Of a stretch of DNA of 64,000 nt, positions 62,278 to 64,000 are shown in pieces; the first letter of the stretch is position 1; every line of letters begins with the position of its first letter. The notes beneath the pieces were generated by a model that was given only the letters and a program-made list of their open reading frames with translations, did not search any database and was not told where the DNA came from. This DNA is from Eubacteriales bacterium (GTDB lineage: Bacteria > Bacillota > Clostridia > Oscillospirales > CAG-272), in contig JAZQHV010000082.1 of assembly GCA_045540755.1 (NCBI GenBank), positions 24,952-88,951 of the forward strand, in the 5' to 3' direction. The position numbers and the translations under genes are program-made.

Positions 62278-64000
62278 ATGAAAAAAACAAGCCTTGCGAT
62301 AATACTTTTTTGCCTGCTTTTACTGTCGGTGTCGTTCGTTTCGGCGGCAGGGGCGACTCCGCTCCTTTCTGTAGAGCAGAACTATGTGGCAACGCTTCCG
62401 CTCGGCACCGGGCTTTCGGTTGCCCAAACGGTACTGCCCGAAACTGCGATGGCGACTGTGCAGGAGACAAAGGCGTTCGATACGGTGACGCCTGCGACGT
62501 ATACCTTTGACAGTGCGGTCGGCGACGGCTGGACGTTGCTTTCGGATGCGATCACCGTAAACGACGGTGCTTTGCAGTTTGAAAGTGCTCCCAATATCAA
62601 GGCGGTTGTCGGCAGTGAGGGCATGACCGATTACATTGTGGAGTGCGACATCACCTTTGCGGACGTGCCGACCTCCAATGCGGGTTTGATGTTCCGCACA
62701 ACGGGGGCGACCGATAAAGGTGCGGATTCCTACAATGGTTACTACGTCGGCATCGGTGAGACAGACGGCACCTTCGGCGTGGTCATCGGCTATGCAGACG
62801 GTGCATGGCACCAGCTCGCGCTTAAGGAGCACACTGTTGCGGCAAATGTACGGTACACCTTGCGTGTATTGGTATACGATTCGGTATTCCATGTGCAACT
62901 GCAGGCGGGCGCTGATGCGGAATTTGAGACGGTGTACAGCGGGGAAGCACCCCTGTATGCAAACGGAAACGTCGGTTTGCGTTCTTTTAGGCAGGCGTTT
63001 ACGGTCGACACCTTCAAGATCGGCGAGATCAGCGATGCCGCGCTTGCCGAGATCGGTGTCATGCGCACAAAAACGGTGCCTGTTCCGATCGCAGAGTGGA
63101 GCTCTGTTGATTATGACGGAAGCACCGCCGGCAGATACGAATTTATCGGTACGCTTGGCGACAGCGGATACGCAAATCCGGATGCGTTGTCTGCCAAAGC
63201 GACTGTGACAGTCAAGGAGGCACCTACCATGGTGGATTTCACACACTCGGTTCCTTTTTCGCAGGTAACCGTAGAAGATACGTACTGGAGTAATCTGCAA
63301 AAGCAGTTCATTTGCAAGGTAATTCCCGTGGCGATCCGCAATATCAGTACGCAGACGGGCGGCATGGAGAATTTCCGTGTTGCCTCTGAATACCTTGCAA
63401 CCAAGAGCGGTAACTATACGACCACGGACGCGCCCGGCCATGGCGGTGCGATCTACGTAGACTCGGATGACTATAAGGTCATCGAGGCCATGTGCTATGC
63501 GTTGCAGTTGGATGCAAAGGGCGACGAAGAGATGCTTGCCGGTCAGGCGGCGATTAAGGCGGAACTTGAAAAGTGGATTCCGTGGATCGTCGGCTCGCAG
63601 GAAGCTGACGGCTATCTTTATACCCCCTATACTCTTACGTACGTTAACAGCAAAAGAAGTGCGGATATGCGTTTTACGGGCCGTACAGACGATATGCCCG
63701 TGCATACCGATGGCACTCTTTATGATACTGTTGGTACTGAAGAGTATGCGTCCCGTGTCAACATGGACAATCACGAGCTCTACTGCGCAGGTCACTTTTA
63801 CGAGGCTGCAGTCGCGCATTACCGTGCAACCGGGGACTTCAGACTTCTGGACGTAGCGGTCAAAAACGCCGACCTCGTTGCGCGCACCTGTGGCACGGGC
63901 GAGGGGCAGGCATATGTTGTTCCGGGACATCAGGAGATCGAGCTTGCGCTCATCAAGTTGGCAAATCTTTGCTCGGAGATCGGTACCGCGAACGGTATAG
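62278..64000 (+). CDS. secreted GH127 (beta-L-arabinofuranosidase/DUF1680-like) protein with N-terminal lectin-like module, 3' end outside window
   Basis: Hand-translated. ATG at 62278 after GGAGGA. Signal peptide MKKTSLAIILFCLLLLSVSFVSAAG. Open to position 64000 (574 codons). GH127-type motifs NHELYCAGHFYEAAVAHYRATGD and VPGHQEIELALIKL. Missing from the ORF track because there is no stop in the window. Confidence 0.8.
   Translation, partial: MKKTSLAIILFCLLLLSVSFVSAAGATPLLSVEQNYVATLPLGTGLSVAQTVLPETAMATVQETKAFDTVTPATYTFDSAVGDGWTLLSDAITVNDGALQFESAPNIKAVVGSEGMTDYIVECDITFADVPTSNAGLMFRTTGATDKGADSYNGYYVGIGETDGTFGVVIGYADGAWHQLALKEHTVAANVRYTLRVLVYDSVFHVQLQAGADAEFETVYSGEAPLYANGNVGLRSFRQAFTVDTFKIGEISDAALAEIGVMRTKTVPVPIAEWSSVDYDGSTAGRYEFIGTLGDSGYANPDALSAKATVTVKEAPTMVDFTHSVPFSQVTVEDTYWSNLQKQFICKVIPVAIRNISTQTGGMENFRVASEYLATKSGNYTTTDAPGHGGAIYVDSDDYKVIEAMCYALQLDAKGDEEMLAGQAAIKAELEKWIPWIVGSQEADGYLYTPYTLTYVNSKRSADMRFTGRTDDMPVHTDGTLYDTVGTEEYASRVNMDNHELYCAGHFYEAAVAHYRATGDFRLLDVAVKNADLVARTCGTGEGQAYVVPGHQEIELALIKLANLCSEIGTANGI

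Noticed and set aside
62320-63930. 536-aa minus-strand ORF listed in the track, where I call a plus-strand GH127 gene.
   Set aside because: The plus frame from 62278 has an RBS, a signal peptide and GH127 motifs, and it is open to the window end. It is missing from the track only because it has no stop. The minus ORF is Arg-rich and motif-free.

Overview
This 64-kb window looks like chromosomal DNA from a GC-rich (about 55-60% by eye) Firmicutes/Clostridia-type genome. Supporting signs are GGAGG ribosome-binding sites, hairpin plus U-tract terminators, many ATGA/TGATG-coupled genes and dockerin modules. I can support about 57 protein-coding genes, one tRNA-Ser(UGA), several sigma-A-like promoters and many intrinsic terminators. 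I found no rRNA, CRISPR array, transposase, integrase or phage genes.

Housekeeping genes: rpmB, mtaB, upp, an RluA-type pseudouridine synthase, a cyclophilin, holA, rnr, secG, pheST, a CysK-like enzyme, ruvAB, a YfhO-family protein and a DUF951 protein.

Accessory, mostly carbohydrate or cell-surface blocks:
- A 1465-aa secreted FG-GAP/LamG/dockerin protein.
- A compact glycyl-radical enzyme (GRE) plus activase, next to an AraC regulator and putP.
- A ydjI/G/H-like SPFH operon.
- A lipoprotein serpin coupled to a DUF4349 lipoprotein.
- GH43 plus an aldose epimerase.
- A five-gene GH32 fructan-type operon with an extra epimerase and isomerase.
- A GH127 gene running off the right edge.

Most worth a second look:
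1. The unassigned short GRE/activase pair (6759-9859).
2. Two about 100-nt units downstream of tRNA-Ser that carry the tRNA 3' end, each with its own terminator (15781-16245).
3. An open frame resembling the cytoplasmic N/P domains of a copper P-type ATPase with degenerate catalytic motifs, fused in frame to an HMA domain (60481-61443).
4. A RuvB whose Walker B reads D-V instead of D-E (56403-56429).
5. The non-canonical fructan locus with an N-terminal dockerin GH32 (41863-49568).
6. Four helically phased direct repeats upstream of GH127 (62115-62241).

All functional calls come from reading motifs by eye. No database search or folding computation was run.
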